Notes: generated by a model not told the origin, from the letters alone. DNA of 64,000 nucleotides from Coriobacteriaceae bacterium (GCA_025992855.1 DAJPGB010000001.1:1832421-1896420); one strand, 5' to 3'; positions 9,236 to 19,485 are shown, numbered from the stretch's first letter. Program-made: numbers and translations.

Positions 9236-10090
9236 CTAGTTAACGGGCTGGAAGAAGGCTACGGCTACGGCGCCGGGGCCTACATGGGTGCCGATGGTGG
9301 CGCCGATGGTGTGAACGGGCAGTTCGCCCTCGGTGTGGCCAGCCCACAGTGCCGCGCTGTCCTCGATATACTTCTTGAGCACCGCATCCGAAAGGCCCGT
9401 ATAGCCGAGCGCCAGCGGCATGGAAAAGTCGATGCCGCCTGCCTTTTCGACCTTCTGGTTGAGCAGGTTACGGCCGTTCTTGGAACCGCGCGCCTTGCCC
9501 AGCTGCACGATCAGACCGTCCTCGGCAGCTACAACGGGCTTTACGTTGAGCAGCGTGCCCACGGCGCCGGCAGCAGCAGACAGGCGACCGCCGCGCACCA
9601 GGTACTCCAGCGTCTCGAGCAGACCAATAACCACCACGCGGTCACGGACGGCCTCGACAGCCGCCGCGATCTGGGCCGCGCCCTGGCCCTCGTCCACTAG
9701 GCGTAGGGCATACTCGACCAGCACGCGCTCACCCAGGGTAACGTTATTGCTATCAACCACATACACGTCGCCGCCCGGCGCCTCGGCAAGTGCGGTACGG
9801 GCGCTCTGATTGGTCCCCGAAAGTTTGGCACCCACGGTAATAATCACCGCCTCGTCGCCGGCCTCACGCGCCTCGGCAATCGCCTGCGAAAACGCGTACG
9901 GGTTGACCTGGCCGGTCTTGGGCAGCTCATCGCGCTCCACAAGCATCTCGTAAAAGCGCTGGTGATCGATGTCGATGCCATCCATATACACATCGGTGCC
10001 AAAGGTAACGGACAGCGGCAAAACACGCAGAGCGGGGTGCTCCGCCGGCGACATATCGCTTGCGGAATCGGTAATAATGCGGACGGACAT
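9236..10090 (-). CDS. DegV family fatty-acid-binding protein
   Basis: Start taken at MSVRIITDSASD, the typical DegV N-terminus. The ORF extends further upstream to 10195. Confidence 0.8.
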   Translation of the reverse strand: MSVRIITDSASDMSPAEHPALRVLPLSVTFGTDVYMDGIDIDHQRFYEMLVERDELPKTGQVNPYAFSQAIAEAREAGDEAVIITVGAKLSGTNQSARTALAEAPGGDVYVVDSNNVTLGERVLVEYALRLVDEGQGAAQIAAAVEAVRDRVVVIGLLETLEYLVRGGRLSAAAGAVGTLLNVKPVVAAEDGLIVQLGKARGSKNGRNLLNQKVEKAGGIDFSMPLALGYTGLSDAVLKKYIEDSAALWAGHTEGELPVHTIGATIGTHVGPGAVAVAFFQPVN

Positions 10091-10209
10091 AACAAATCCT
10101 TTCTTGCACAGGTCCCGCGTAGGGAATTTTGACAGCAATGCCCCGGCACGGCATACGCGCTCAAACGGGACGATGCAGTTTTTAATGGGAAGCAAATGCC
10201 TTGGCGGCC

Positions 10210-10659
10210 TTAGATCTCGCGCAGGGTGTTGAGAATCGTGCGCAGCGACGCATACATCTGCTCGCGCTGCTCCACACCCATAGCCTTACCGGTGGTATCG
10301 AGCACCTCGCGAATGATGCGGTCCGCCTCGCTCATGCTCTCGCCGCCTAGAGCGGTCAGGCGCACCGGAGCACGATACTTAACGGCGGCATCGCCCGAAT
10401 CATCGACCTCGACGTAGCCGCCCTCCTCCAGATGCGCGAGCGTGCGCGAGACGGCAGCACGGGTCACGCCTGCCATGCGAGCCAGGTCAGCACCAGTCAG
10501 GCCGTCCTTGCTGCGCTCAAGATAGTACAGGCACATAACGTCGGAGCCCTTGAGGCCCAGCCTTGCGCCCTCGGATGTCTTAATGCGCTGGATCTCCTTG
10601 TAGAGCCCGCTGATCAGTCCGACAAAGTCCTCGAAACGTGTCTCGTCGTTCTGCTGCAT
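10210..10659 (-). CDS. MarR family transcriptional regulator
   Basis: 149 aa with a winged-HTH region (LTGADLARMAGVTRAAVSRTLAHLEEGGYV). Confidence 0.8.
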   Translation of the reverse strand: MQQNDETRFEDFVGLISGLYKEIQRIKTSEGARLGLKGSDVMCLYYLERSKDGLTGADLARMAGVTRAAVSRTLAHLEEGGYVEVDDSGDAAVKYRAPVRLTALGGESMSEADRIIREVLDTTGKAMGVEQREQMYASLRTILNTLREI

Positions 10660-10762
10660 GGGAGACGACCGCCTTTCGCTTGCATGATGCTAACGGGTAA
10701 ACATCTTAGCCGCACAAGGCAACACCCATACCCAAATATCCCATTTGTTAACCCATCAACAT

Positions 10763-10806
10763 AAAAACCACCACAAAGGGGACAGGCACCTTTGTGGTGG
10801 TTTGGG
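10763..10806. terminator. Family D hairpin, copy D3
   Basis: aaaaaccaccacaaagg-ggacaggca-cctttgtggtggttt. On the minus strand it is followed by ttttta. Lies downstream of the B3/4-domain gene. Confidence 0.7.
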
Positions 10807-10832
10807 GCATCGAGTTTGATCCGCAGACTTCG

Positions 10833-11567
10833 CTACAGCTCCACGCAAGGATTGTCGCGGGTCACAAGCGTCTTAACGACAACCGTCGCTCCCAGATAGC
10901 GCTCGAGCAACTCAGCCAAGCGATCGATCGCGGCCTGGCAATCCCCCATCCGCTCGGGCTCCACACACTCAATCGCCAGGAACGCATCGGCCGAATCGTC
11001 GGACAGCGCCGTGCGAACGCCGTCGCGCCAGTTCCAGCAGCGGCACACGGCGCCCGCATCATCGATGTAGGCGAGCTCGCCGGGAAGCGTCGGGTCATCT
11101 GTCTCCTCGCCAAGCGGCAGAAATGAATCGCCACCGTCGGTCACCGCCAACCGCAGATCGCCCTCGATAGCATGTAGATCCTCGCCGCCAACGGGCAGCG
11201 CGTAGGTCAGCGACACCGTGTTGTAGATGTCCACCGCGGGCGTAATGTGGCCCACCGGTTTGCCCTTGAGCACGCGCTTGAGCAAGTTCTCGATCGAGCA
11301 GCGGGCGCCCTTTTTGGTCTTGAACAGCCGATAAGCCTCGCGCCATGCCTTGACCGGTGCGTTCTCGCTGATAGCATCGCTGGTCAGATGACGCTCCGCA
11401 TCGATATTGGCGCGGTCGAGCAACGCCGCAATCGCACCCACGTCCTCTTGAGGAATCTGAGCCGCGGGCTTCATGCCCTTTACGACCACAACACCGACAG
11501 CCGCCTGCGGAAATAGCTCCCAAAACGAATCCTCGGCAACGAAACTCTTCATGTGCTCTCCCTTCAT
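10833..11567 (-). CDS. B3/B4 (tRNA-binding-related) domain protein
   Basis: 244 aa with an N-terminus typical of B3/4-domain proteins. The likely true start is MKSFVAED at 11552, behind a gggagag SD. Confidence 0.65.
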   Translation of the reverse strand: MKGEHMKSFVAEDSFWELFPQAAVGVVVVKGMKPAAQIPQEDVGAIAALLDRANIDAERHLTSDAISENAPVKAWREAYRLFKTKKGARCSIENLLKRVLKGKPVGHITPAVDIYNTVSLTYALPVGGEDLHAIEGDLRLAVTDGGDSFLPLGEETDDPTLPGELAYIDDAGAVCRCWNWRDGVRTALSDDSADAFLAIECVEPERMGDCQAAIDRLAELLERYLGATVVVKTLVTRDNPCVEL

Positions 11568-11723
11568 AGCATGCGCCCGAGCCCGGGTGCCTAAACAAAA
11601 AGCGCCCTTACGACGGCCACCTTCAAAGTCCTACGGTGCCGCCACAAGAGCGCTTACGCTGCCCCCATCCGGAGAAGGGAGCGATATGTCAGGCGTATTG
11701 TAACCCGAGTCATCCGCGCGAGT

Positions 11724-11767
11724 AAAACCACCACAAAGGCGCCTGTCCCCTTTATGGTGGTTTTGGG
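11724..11767. terminator. Family D hairpin, copy D4 (loop inverted relative to D3)
   Basis: aaaaccaccacaaagg-cgcctgtcc-cctttatggtggtttt. The loop is the reverse complement of the D3/D5 loop. Confidence 0.7.
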
Positions 11768-11779
11768 TCTGAAGCAACG

Positions 11780-13450
11780 TTAGTGTCGGAGTCCCAGCAG
11801 GCCGCGGCCGCGATGACGGACGTCGGCGTGCACCTGAGCGTGCGGACCGGCGGCCTTGACGGACTCGGGCAGGTGCGAGTACTTCTTCTCGAAGTTCTCC
11901 TCGAACATCACCGCCAGATTGTGCGCGGCCTCGTCATAGCGCGCGGTGCTCTGCCAGTACTGGCGCGGCACCAGGATGCCGTCGGGCACACCGTGGCACG
12001 TCGTGGGAATGTCGACGTTAAAGATATCGTCGTGGACGAACTCGCTGTCCTCGATGGTGCCGTCGAGGGCGCGCGCGACCAGGGCGCGCGTGTAGGCCAG
12101 CTCAATGCGATGGCCAACGCCGTAGCCGCCGCCGATCCAGCCGGTGTTGACAAGGTACACACGCGTGCGGCCGTCGGCGATGCGCTCACCGAGCATCTTA
12201 GCGTAGACCATGGGGTCGAGCGGCATAAACGGCTCGCCGAACAGCGAAGAGAACGTGGGCGTGGGCTCGGTGACGCCGACCTCGGTGCCGGGGATCTTGG
12301 CCGTAAAGCCCGTCACAAAGTGATACATGGCGGCGTCGGCCGTCAGGCGCGAGATGGGCGGCAGCACGCCAAAGGCATCGCAGGTCAGGAAGAGCACGAC
12401 GCTTGGAGTGGTGCCCATGCCCTTGGTCCACGCGTTGGGAATGTGCTCCACAGGGTATGCCACGCGCGTGTTGTGCGTGATCGAGATGTCGTCGTAGTTG
12501 GGCTTGCGGTTCTCGTCGAGCACCACGTTTTCGCAGATCGCGCCAAAGCGGACAGCGTTGAAGATCTCGGGCTCGTGGAACGCGTCCAGGCCCTCGCATT
12601 TGGCGTAGCAGCCACCTTCGATGTTGAAGATGCCCATGTCGGACCAACCGTGCTCGTCGTCGCCGATCAGCAGGCGCGTGGGGTTGGCCGAAAGCGTGGT
12701 CTTGCCGGTGCCGGAGAGGCCAAAGAACACGGCGGTCTCATGCGTGACGGGGTCCATACTGGCCGAGCAATGCATGGGCAGCACGTCGTCCTCGACGGGC
12801 AGCAGGTAATTCATGACGCTGAAAATGGACTTTTTGATCTCGCCGGAGTAGCCGGTGCCGGCGACCAGAATCACGCGCTCCTGGAAGTTAATGACCACGG
12901 CGGCGCTGGAGTTGAGGCCCTTGATGGCGGGATCGCACTGGTAGCCCGGCGCGGCGAGCACGCAGAAGTCCGGCTCACCGGTGCGCGCGATTTCGCGGGC
13001 GAGCGGGCGAGCGAGCATCTGCTTAATAAAGAGTGCCTGGCTGGCACGCTCGCAGGCAACGAGCAGTCGACGCGTGTGGTTGCGGTCGGCGCCGGCCATG
13101 CCGCGGGTGACGAACACATCGCGCTCGTTGAGATAGTCGACGATGCCGGCCTTGATGGCCTCGTAGCTCTCGACAGACAGCGGGCGGTTGACGGCACCCC
13201 AGGCAATCTTGTCGTGAACATCGGGGGTGTCAACGATAAAGCGGTCATTAGGCGAGCGGCCAGTGCGCTCCCCCGTCTCGATCACCAGCGCGCCGTTGGA
13301 GGCCATACGACCTTCGTTGCGACGGATGGCGTGCTCGACGAGCTCGGCTGCCGGCAGGTCGACCAGCAGGCGGGGCTGGTTCTCGGCAGGATCTTCGACC
13401 AGCGTAATGCCAAAGTTGGACAGAACTTCTGCAGGGGTAACACCTGGCAT
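11780..13450 (-). CDS. pckA: phosphoenolpyruvate carboxykinase (ATP)
   Basis: GLSGTGKTTLS kinase-1a motif. Start taken at MPGVTPAE (ATG 13450) behind an aaaggagg SD. The ORF continues upstream to 13564. Confidence 0.9.
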   Translation of the reverse strand: MPGVTPAEVLSNFGITLVEDPAENQPRLLVDLPAAELVEHAIRRNEGRMASNGALVIETGERTGRSPNDRFIVDTPDVHDKIAWGAVNRPLSVESYEAIKAGIVDYLNERDVFVTRGMAGADRNHTRRLLVACERASQALFIKQMLARPLAREIARTGEPDFCVLAAPGYQCDPAIKGLNSSAAVVINFQERVILVAGTGYSGEIKKSIFSVMNYLLPVEDDVLPMHCSASMDPVTHETAVFFGLSGTGKTTLSANPTRLLIGDDEHGWSDMGIFNIEGGCYAKCEGLDAFHEPEIFNAVRFGAICENVVLDENRKPNYDDISITHNTRVAYPVEHIPNAWTKGMGTTPSVVLFLTCDAFGVLPPISRLTADAAMYHFVTGFTAKIPGTEVGVTEPTPTFSSLFGEPFMPLDPMVYAKMLGERIADGRTRVYLVNTGWIGGGYGVGHRIELAYTRALVARALDGTIEDSEFVHDDIFNVDIPTTCHGVPDGILVPRQYWQSTARYDEAAHNLAVMFEENFEKKYSHLPESVKAAGPHAQVHADVRHRGRGLLGLRH

Positions 13451-13625
13451 GGGGCCTCCTTTAAAAGCGCGACACGTGGACGAGGCGCGCACTTTACTCA
13501 CGTAAAGCCCGTTGTACCCGATATGCAAAAACGTTTTTGCGGCAACGGCGAAGCGCCCGCCCAACGGTCAAAAATCGCACGCAAGCGGCCTAGTCGTTAG
13601 GGACACTCTTGAACAGGCAACAACC

Positions 13626-13706
13626 AAGGAGCGACCCCGGATGCCGGCACTTAGGGACGTTCCCAAAGTGCCGGCACATAAGGAACGTCCCCAAATGCCG
13701 TCTACT
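13626..13706. repeat. Family A tandem 27-nt units, 3 units
   Basis: aaggagcgaccccggatgccggcactt / agggacgttcccaaagtgccggcacat / aaggaacgtccccaaatgccgtctact. Confidence 0.8.
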
Positions 13707-13802
13707 GAATGGCGCCGCCGAAATTATCGAACAACCTGTTCAAAAACACGAACGAACACCGTCGCGTCTATACTAGAGCGCAGCAATAGAAAGGACTCCG
13801 CT

Positions 13803-15377
13803 TTGAGCATCACGCCCATCGATAGCATTCGCCGCGCCATCGCCCGCCGCAATGGCGTCGCCGACCCCACCGTATCGGACGGGGCGCACGGGCAGGGCGG
13901 ACGCATCGAGAACGGCCTGTTCCCCGCATCGCACACCGCCGAGGAGCTCGCACGAATCCAAGAGCTAAGCCAGCGTAACGCCGGCGGTCCCGACAGCAGC
14001 CAGGCCACACGCCGTCGCCGCGAGCGCAATCGCCAGCCCGGCCCCATCCACCGCATGGTCAATGCCTGGTGGAACCGCCTGCTCGGAGCCGTCTACGGCG
14101 GCGGCTTCTCCACGCAAGAAGCCGAGTACGAAGATCACGCCACCCGTCGCGACTACCTTTGGAATACCCTGGGCACCGCCGTGTGGGGCATGGCGTTTCC
14201 GTTGCTCACCATCGTGTCCACACAGCTCGTGGGCGCCGAGGAAGCCGGTAAGTTCTCCATCGCCTTTGTCACCGGCACGCTCATCATGATCGCGTGCAAC
14301 TACGGCGTGCGCAATTTCCAGGTCTCGGACATCGACGAAAAGACGTCCTTTGCCTCTTACCAGCTCAACCGCTGGATCTGCGGAGCGCTCGCGCTGGCAT
14401 GCGGCCTGGTATACAGCAGCGCCCGCGGCTACGATGCGCAGATGGCCACAATCGGCCTGGGCGTCTACCTGTATAAGGTGATCGACGGCATTGCCGACGT
14501 GTACGAGGGCCGCCTGCAGCAGGCCGACAAACTCTACCTGGCCGGCATGAGCCAAACGCTACGATCCGTCGGCGTCATCGCGGTCTTTAGCGTGGCACTG
14601 TTCCTCACGCGCAGCATGCCCATCGCCGCCATGGCCATGGGCATCGCCGCGATCGCCTCGCTCGTGCTGGTCACCGCGCCGCTCGCCCTGCTCGAAACCG
14701 AAAAATCGCGCCGTATGAGTCTGCGCGAGGCTGGTCACCTGTTTATCCAGTGCGCCCCGCTCTTTGGCGCGCTGTTCCTGTTCAACCTCATCGAGAGCAT
14801 GCCCAAGTTTGTGATGGAGGGCACGCTGGCCTACAAGTATCAGCTGTACTTTAATGCCCTGTTCTTTCCGGCGCAGGCCATTTTGTTGAGCATTGGATTT
14901 ATCTATAAACCGCAGCTCCTGCGTTTGTCGAGCATTTGGGCTAATCCTCGCAAGCGTCGTCGCTTTGACCTGATTATTGTTGCCGTTATGGCACTGATCG
15001 TGGTCATCACCAGCGTGTGCGCCGCATTTATGGCAGGTCCCGGTATTCCCCTCATGAGCTTCATGTACGGCCTCAATTTTGAGCGCTACCGCACGCTGGC
15101 ACTGCTGATGGTTGTCGCCGGCGGCGTCACCGCGGCCATCGACTTTCTCTACGCCATCATCACGGTGCTGTGCCATGCCGGCGACGTCACCAAAATCTAC
15201 CTGATCTGCTTCGCCGTAAGCGTAGTGCTGCCGGTGATCCTGATCAACCTGCTGGGTCTGATGGGCGCCGTGGTGAGCTACCTAGCCATCATGGCCCTAC
15301 TCCTGGTGCTACTGATTATCGAGTACCGCCGCATCCGCCAACGCATCGAACGCGACCGCAACCCATACGGCGTATAA
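13803..15377 (+). CDS. polysaccharide/oligosaccharide flippase (MOP/Wzx-like) membrane protein
   Basis: Polytopic C-terminal ~450 aa. Start is uncertain: I chose TTG 13803 behind gaaagga, and the ORF is open from 13512 through repeat DNA. Confidence 0.55.
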   Translation: MSITPIDSIRRAIARRNGVADPTVSDGAHGQGGRIENGLFPASHTAEELARIQELSQRNAGGPDSSQATRRRRERNRQPGPIHRMVNAWWNRLLGAVYGGGFSTQEAEYEDHATRRDYLWNTLGTAVWGMAFPLLTIVSTQLVGAEEAGKFSIAFVTGTLIMIACNYGVRNFQVSDIDEKTSFASYQLNRWICGALALACGLVYSSARGYDAQMATIGLGVYLYKVIDGIADVYEGRLQQADKLYLAGMSQTLRSVGVIAVFSVALFLTRSMPIAAMAMGIAAIASLVLVTAPLALLETEKSRRMSLREAGHLFIQCAPLFGALFLFNLIESMPKFVMEGTLAYKYQLYFNALFFPAQAILLSIGFIYKPQLLRLSSIWANPRKRRRFDLIIVAVMALIVVITSVCAAFMAGPGIPLMSFMYGLNFERYRTLALLMVVAGGVTAAIDFLYAIITVLCHAGDVTKIYLICFAVSVVLPVILINLLGLMGAVVSYLAIMALLLVLLIIEYRRIRQRIERDRNPYGV

Positions 15378-15438
15378 CGCCCACCTTGGTACATTGGGGA
15401 AAGAAACGTCGATGTTTTGGCGCCAACCTCTTGCGCCG

Positions 15439-16278
15439 TTATTCCCCGGGGCGAATATTCGCGTAGAACTCCGCCCCATCATCGAGCCGCAGGATACCGA
15501 CGCGGCCGAACTCGGAGCCGGTGGCGGCGGCGCAGTCGATATCGATGCGATCGGGCACGCCGGCGGTATCCTCGCCACCCAGGCGCACAATCTGCCCGCG
15601 GCCCGACTCCTCATCGAGCCCCGCAAGACCACCGACCTCGCAATAGCGCCCAAGCGACACCGTTGGCGTGTGACCGCTCACCACGACCGGACCCTTGCCC
15701 TCGGCAGAAAGCAGCCCGGTCGGCGCATCCCAATAGCCGTGACGAATCCACAGCAGGTCATCGGCCGACTGCACCGCGAGCATCTGCTGCAGCAGCTCGC
15801 GATCGGCACCCACCGCTCCAACGCCATCGGCACAATCGACGCCATGCTCAAGCAAAAATGCGCGCGCCGCCTTCATCTCGATTCCAGCATGTACCAGCAG
15901 ATACGGGCGCTCCTCGGTCTCGGCCACCGCGTAGAGCGGCAGCGCGGCCATCCATCGCACGAGCTCCTCGTATGCCTCAAATTCCATGTCGTTGAGCTGC
16001 TCGCGCGTCGTCCAGCCACCGTTGATATCCCAGGTCTCGGCATCGAGCGGATCCTGGCCAATGATGGCATCGAGCATGATCTGTTCGTGATTGCCCTTGA
16101 GCACGCGGGCGTTGGGCAGCGAGCGCACGAGCTTAATAACACCGACAGGATCGGGCCCGCGATCGATCATGTCGCCCAGCACGTACAGCGTGTCGTCGGA
16201 CGTCAACGAGATCTTAGACAGGGCCTCGTCAAGCGCACGCACGTGCCCGTGAGCATCAGATGTCACATAGATCGCCAT
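15439..16278 (-). CDS. metallophosphoesterase (PrpE/ApaH-like Ser/Thr phosphatase family)
   Basis: SDAHGH, GDMIDRG and GNHE motifs in the canonical order. Confidence 0.8.
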   Translation of the reverse strand: MAIYVTSDAHGHVRALDEALSKISLTSDDTLYVLGDMIDRGPDPVGVIKLVRSLPNARVLKGNHEQIMLDAIIGQDPLDAETWDINGGWTTREQLNDMEFEAYEELVRWMAALPLYAVAETEERPYLLVHAGIEMKAARAFLLEHGVDCADGVGAVGADRELLQQMLAVQSADDLLWIRHGYWDAPTGLLSAEGKGPVVVSGHTPTVSLGRYCEVGGLAGLDEESGRGQIVRLGGEDTAGVPDRIDIDCAAATGSEFGRVGILRLDDGAEFYANIRPGE

Positions 16279-16531
16279 GGTACGCCTCTCCTTGCATTGC
16301 GGTCTAAGCCCGGCGCCGCAACTAAAACTTCAAGTTGAACTTAAACGTTACCCATTGTACTCCGTTGCAATAAAGCTGGAAAGGGTTTCCGAGCAGAGGC
16401 AAAGACGGAAGCCGTCTATGACGATATCGCGCACGCCCGCAATCCAACCCCATAAACCCACCATCTTTGGGTACAAATAACCGCAGACAACTGACCGTGC
16501 CACGCCAACCACCCAGGAGCGGACACCATCC

Positions 16532-18133
16532 ATGAACCAGATACTTCTCTTTATCGGCCTCGTCATCATTTTGTGCCTGACCATTAAACCCGTCGGCAAA
16601 AAGCTCCCCTTCCCCACCCTGCTCATCTTTATCGCACTCGGCATGCTGCTGGGCGTCAACGGCCCGGCTCACATCGACTTTAGCGACTACGCGCTCACCG
16701 AAACCGTCTGCAGCACGGCGCTGCTGTTCATCATGTTCTACGGCGGTTTTAACACCAACATCGACCGTGCCAAGCCCGTCGCCGCGCCTGCGGTGCTGCT
16801 GAGCACGCTCGGCGTCGTCATCACCGCAGGCATCACCGGCGTGTTCGCCCACTTTGTGCTGGGCTTCGACTGGATCGGCGGCCTGCTGCTGGGATCGGTC
16901 GTGGCGTCCACCGACGCGGCCAGCGTCTTTAGCGTTCTGCGCGAGCACAGCCTTTCGCTGAGGGGCGGCACCGACTCGCTGCTCGAGGTCGAATCGGGCT
17001 CCAACGACCCCGTCGCCTACATGCTCACTGCCGTGCTCGCGACCCTCGCGGCGGGCGGCGACATTAACATTCCCGTGCTGCTGACCAAGCAGATCATCCT
17101 GGGCGTGGGGTTGGGCCTTGCCATCGGCTGGACATCCAGCCGTCTGATTGAGCGCGCACACGCAACGGCCGAAGGCGCGCAGACCATCTTCTTGTTCGCC
17201 GTGGCCATCGTCGCCTACGCGCTGCCGAGCTACCTGGGCGGCAATGGCTTTTTGGCCGTATACCTTGCAGGCATTGTGCTGGGCGCAAGCGACATCACCG
17301 GTAAGGTCGAGATGGCGCACTTCTTCGACACCCTCACCGAGATGGCAGAGATGACCATCTTCTTCTTGCTCGGCCTGCTCGTAACGCCCGCACGCCTGCC
17401 GCAGATGCTGCTGCCGGGCCTGGCGCTCATGGCGTTCATGCTCTTCGTGAGCCGCCCCATCGCCGTCGGCGTGCTCCTAGCGCCCTTTAAGACGAATCCC
17501 AGCCAGGTCGCGCTCGTAAGCTGGGCGGGCCTGCGCGGAGCAGCTTCGGTCGTCTTTAGTCTCTTTGCCGTGGTGGCCGGCGTTCCCGGCGGACACGACC
17601 TATTTGACCTGGTGTTTGTGATTGCCGCGTCGAGCATCGTGGTGCAGGGCTCGCTGCTGCCGGCGGTGGCGAAGAAACTCGATATGATCGATGCGACCGG
17701 CGACGTGCGCCGCACCTTTAACGACTACCGCGACGAGGACGGCATGTCGTTTGTAAAGCTCAAGGTGGGCGCTGGCCATCCGTTTGCCGGACGCTCGCTC
17801 GCGGACATTGGCAGCGCGACGGACATGCTCGTGGTCCTGGTGCTGCGCGACGGGGCGCATCCGGTACTGCCCAATGGCGACACCGTGATCCAGGAAGGCG
17901 ATCTGCTGGTGATGGCCGCCCCAACGTTCGAAGAGCGTGCCGAGGTTACGCTGCGCGAGGTCACCGTGACTCCCCACGGTCGCCTGGCCGGTCAGCGCCT
18001 GCGCGATGTGCCGCAAGGCAAGCATCCGTTTATTGTAGTGATGCTCAAGCGCGACGGCCAAACGATCATTCCCGACGGCGACACCCTCATATACGCCGGC
18101 GACGAAGCCGTCATCGCCACGCTCGCGTCGTAG
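16532..18133 (+). CDS. K+/H+ antiporter, CPA1 NhaP2-type with C-terminal TrkA-C domains
   Basis: 533 aa. About 12 TM helices in the N-terminal portion, then two soluble repeats (LVMAAP.., IYAGDEAVI). Confidence 0.75.
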   Translation: MNQILLFIGLVIILCLTIKPVGKKLPFPTLLIFIALGMLLGVNGPAHIDFSDYALTETVCSTALLFIMFYGGFNTNIDRAKPVAAPAVLLSTLGVVITAGITGVFAHFVLGFDWIGGLLLGSVVASTDAASVFSVLREHSLSLRGGTDSLLEVESGSNDPVAYMLTAVLATLAAGGDINIPVLLTKQIILGVGLGLAIGWTSSRLIERAHATAEGAQTIFLFAVAIVAYALPSYLGGNGFLAVYLAGIVLGASDITGKVEMAHFFDTLTEMAEMTIFFLLGLLVTPARLPQMLLPGLALMAFMLFVSRPIAVGVLLAPFKTNPSQVALVSWAGLRGAASVVFSLFAVVAGVPGGHDLFDLVFVIAASSIVVQGSLLPAVAKKLDMIDATGDVRRTFNDYRDEDGMSFVKLKVGAGHPFAGRSLADIGSATDMLVVLVLRDGAHPVLPNGDTVIQEGDLLVMAAPTFEERAEVTLREVTVTPHGRLAGQRLRDVPQGKHPFIVVMLKRDGQTIIPDGDTLIYAGDEAVIATLAS

Positions 18134-18360
18134 CGGCCAGGGGTTAGCTAATTTGCGACGAAGAAATCAAGCGCCTAGAGAACCTCATGCCTTCGCTCGC
18201 AGATTTGGATTTGCCCGAGGAGTAAAGCACCCCTCCCCCATGTAACCATCCTGTAAATCATAGCGGCGCACTCGGGTTTTGCTGTGATTCGGTCGCGCCT
18301 GACGCTCCACTGTGCTAAAGTATCCCGAACGTTCAAACGACTACGAGGGGGAACTAGAAG

Positions 18361-19485
18361 ATGGCACGTGTGCACAACTTCTCAGCTGGCCCGGCCGCGC
18401 TGCCTACAAGCGTGCTCGCCGAGATCGCCGACGAGATGATGGACTACCGCGGTTGCGGCATGTCCGTGCTCGAGATGAGCCATCGATCTAGCATGTACCA
18501 GCAGATCATCGACGACGCCGAGGCAACCCTGCGCCGCCTGCTGAGCATCCCCGACAACTACCGTGTCCTGTTTTTGCAAGGCGGCGCCACGCTGCAGTTT
18601 GCGGGCATCCCCATGAACCTCATGCGCCGCGGCCGCGCCGGCTACGTCGTGACCGGCAACTTTGCCAACAAGGCGTACAAGGAGGCCGCCAAGTACGGCG
18701 AGGCCGTGCTGCTCGCGAGCTCCGAGGACACCAACTTCGACCGCATTCCCACCATGGCCGACATCAACGTGCGCATTGCCGCCGAGGCCGCGGGCGACGG
18801 GCTCGACTACGTCTACATCTGCCAGAACAACACTATCTTTGGCACCATGTACCACGAGCTGCCCGATTGCGGCGACGTACCGCTGGTCGCCGATGTCTCG
18901 AGCTGCTTTCTGTCGCAGCCGCTCGACGTTGAGCGCTACGGGCTCATTTACGCCGGCGCGCAAAAAAACGCCGGCGCCGCGGGCGTGACCGTGGTCATCG
19001 TGCGCGAAGACCTCATCGCCGAAGGCCCCGCCTTTGCGCAGACGCCGCAGTACCTGAACCTCAAGACCCAAGCCGCCAAGGGCTCCATGCTCAACACGCC
19101 CAACACCTTTGGCATCTACGTGTGCGGCAAGGTGTTCCACTGGGTCGAGCAAAGCGGCGGACTTGCCGCCATGGCCGAGCGCAACTGGGCCAAGGCCAAC
19201 CTGCTCTACGACCTGCTCGAGCACAGCGAGCTGTTCCATGGCACCACGCAGGCCGACAGCCGCTCCATCGCCAACGTCACCTTCCGCACCGGCGACGCCG
19301 AGCTCGATGCGACCTTTGTTGCAGGCGCGGCCGAGCACCAGATTCAAAACGTCAAGGGCCATCGCCTGGTGGGCGGCATGCGCGCCAGCGTCTACAACGC
19401 CGTAACCATGGAAGACGTGCAGGCCCTGGCCTCGTACATGAAGGACTTCGAAGCGCAGCATAGTTTGAGTCCGCGATCTAACTAG
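18361..19485 (+). CDS. serC: phosphoserine aminotransferase
   Basis: N-terminal NFSAGPAALP signature. Adjacent to serA. Confidence 0.9.
   Translation: MARVHNFSAGPAALPTSVLAEIADEMMDYRGCGMSVLEMSHRSSMYQQIIDDAEATLRRLLSIPDNYRVLFLQGGATLQFAGIPMNLMRRGRAGYVVTGNFANKAYKEAAKYGEAVLLASSEDTNFDRIPTMADINVRIAAEAAGDGLDYVYICQNNTIFGTMYHELPDCGDVPLVADVSSCFLSQPLDVERYGLIYAGAQKNAGAAGVTVVIVREDLIAEGPAFAQTPQYLNLKTQAAKGSMLNTPNTFGIYVCGKVFHWVEQSGGLAAMAERNWAKANLLYDLLEHSELFHGTTQADSRSIANVTFRTGDAELDATFVAGAAEHQIQNVKGHRLVGGMRASVYNAVTMEDVQALASYMKDFEAQHSLSPRSN

Noticed and set aside
13626-13706. The possibility that the 27-nt tandem units form a CRISPR array.
   Set aside because: The units are contiguous with no unique spacers, there are only 2-3 degenerate copies, and no cas genes are present in the window.
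15394-16338. The plus-strand 314-aa ORF and the minus-strand 16322..17320 ORF.
   Set aside because: The opposite strands encode a metallophosphoesterase with all signature motifs and a polytopic CPA1 antiporter respectively. The rejected frames are Arg/His/Gly-rich shadow ORFs.
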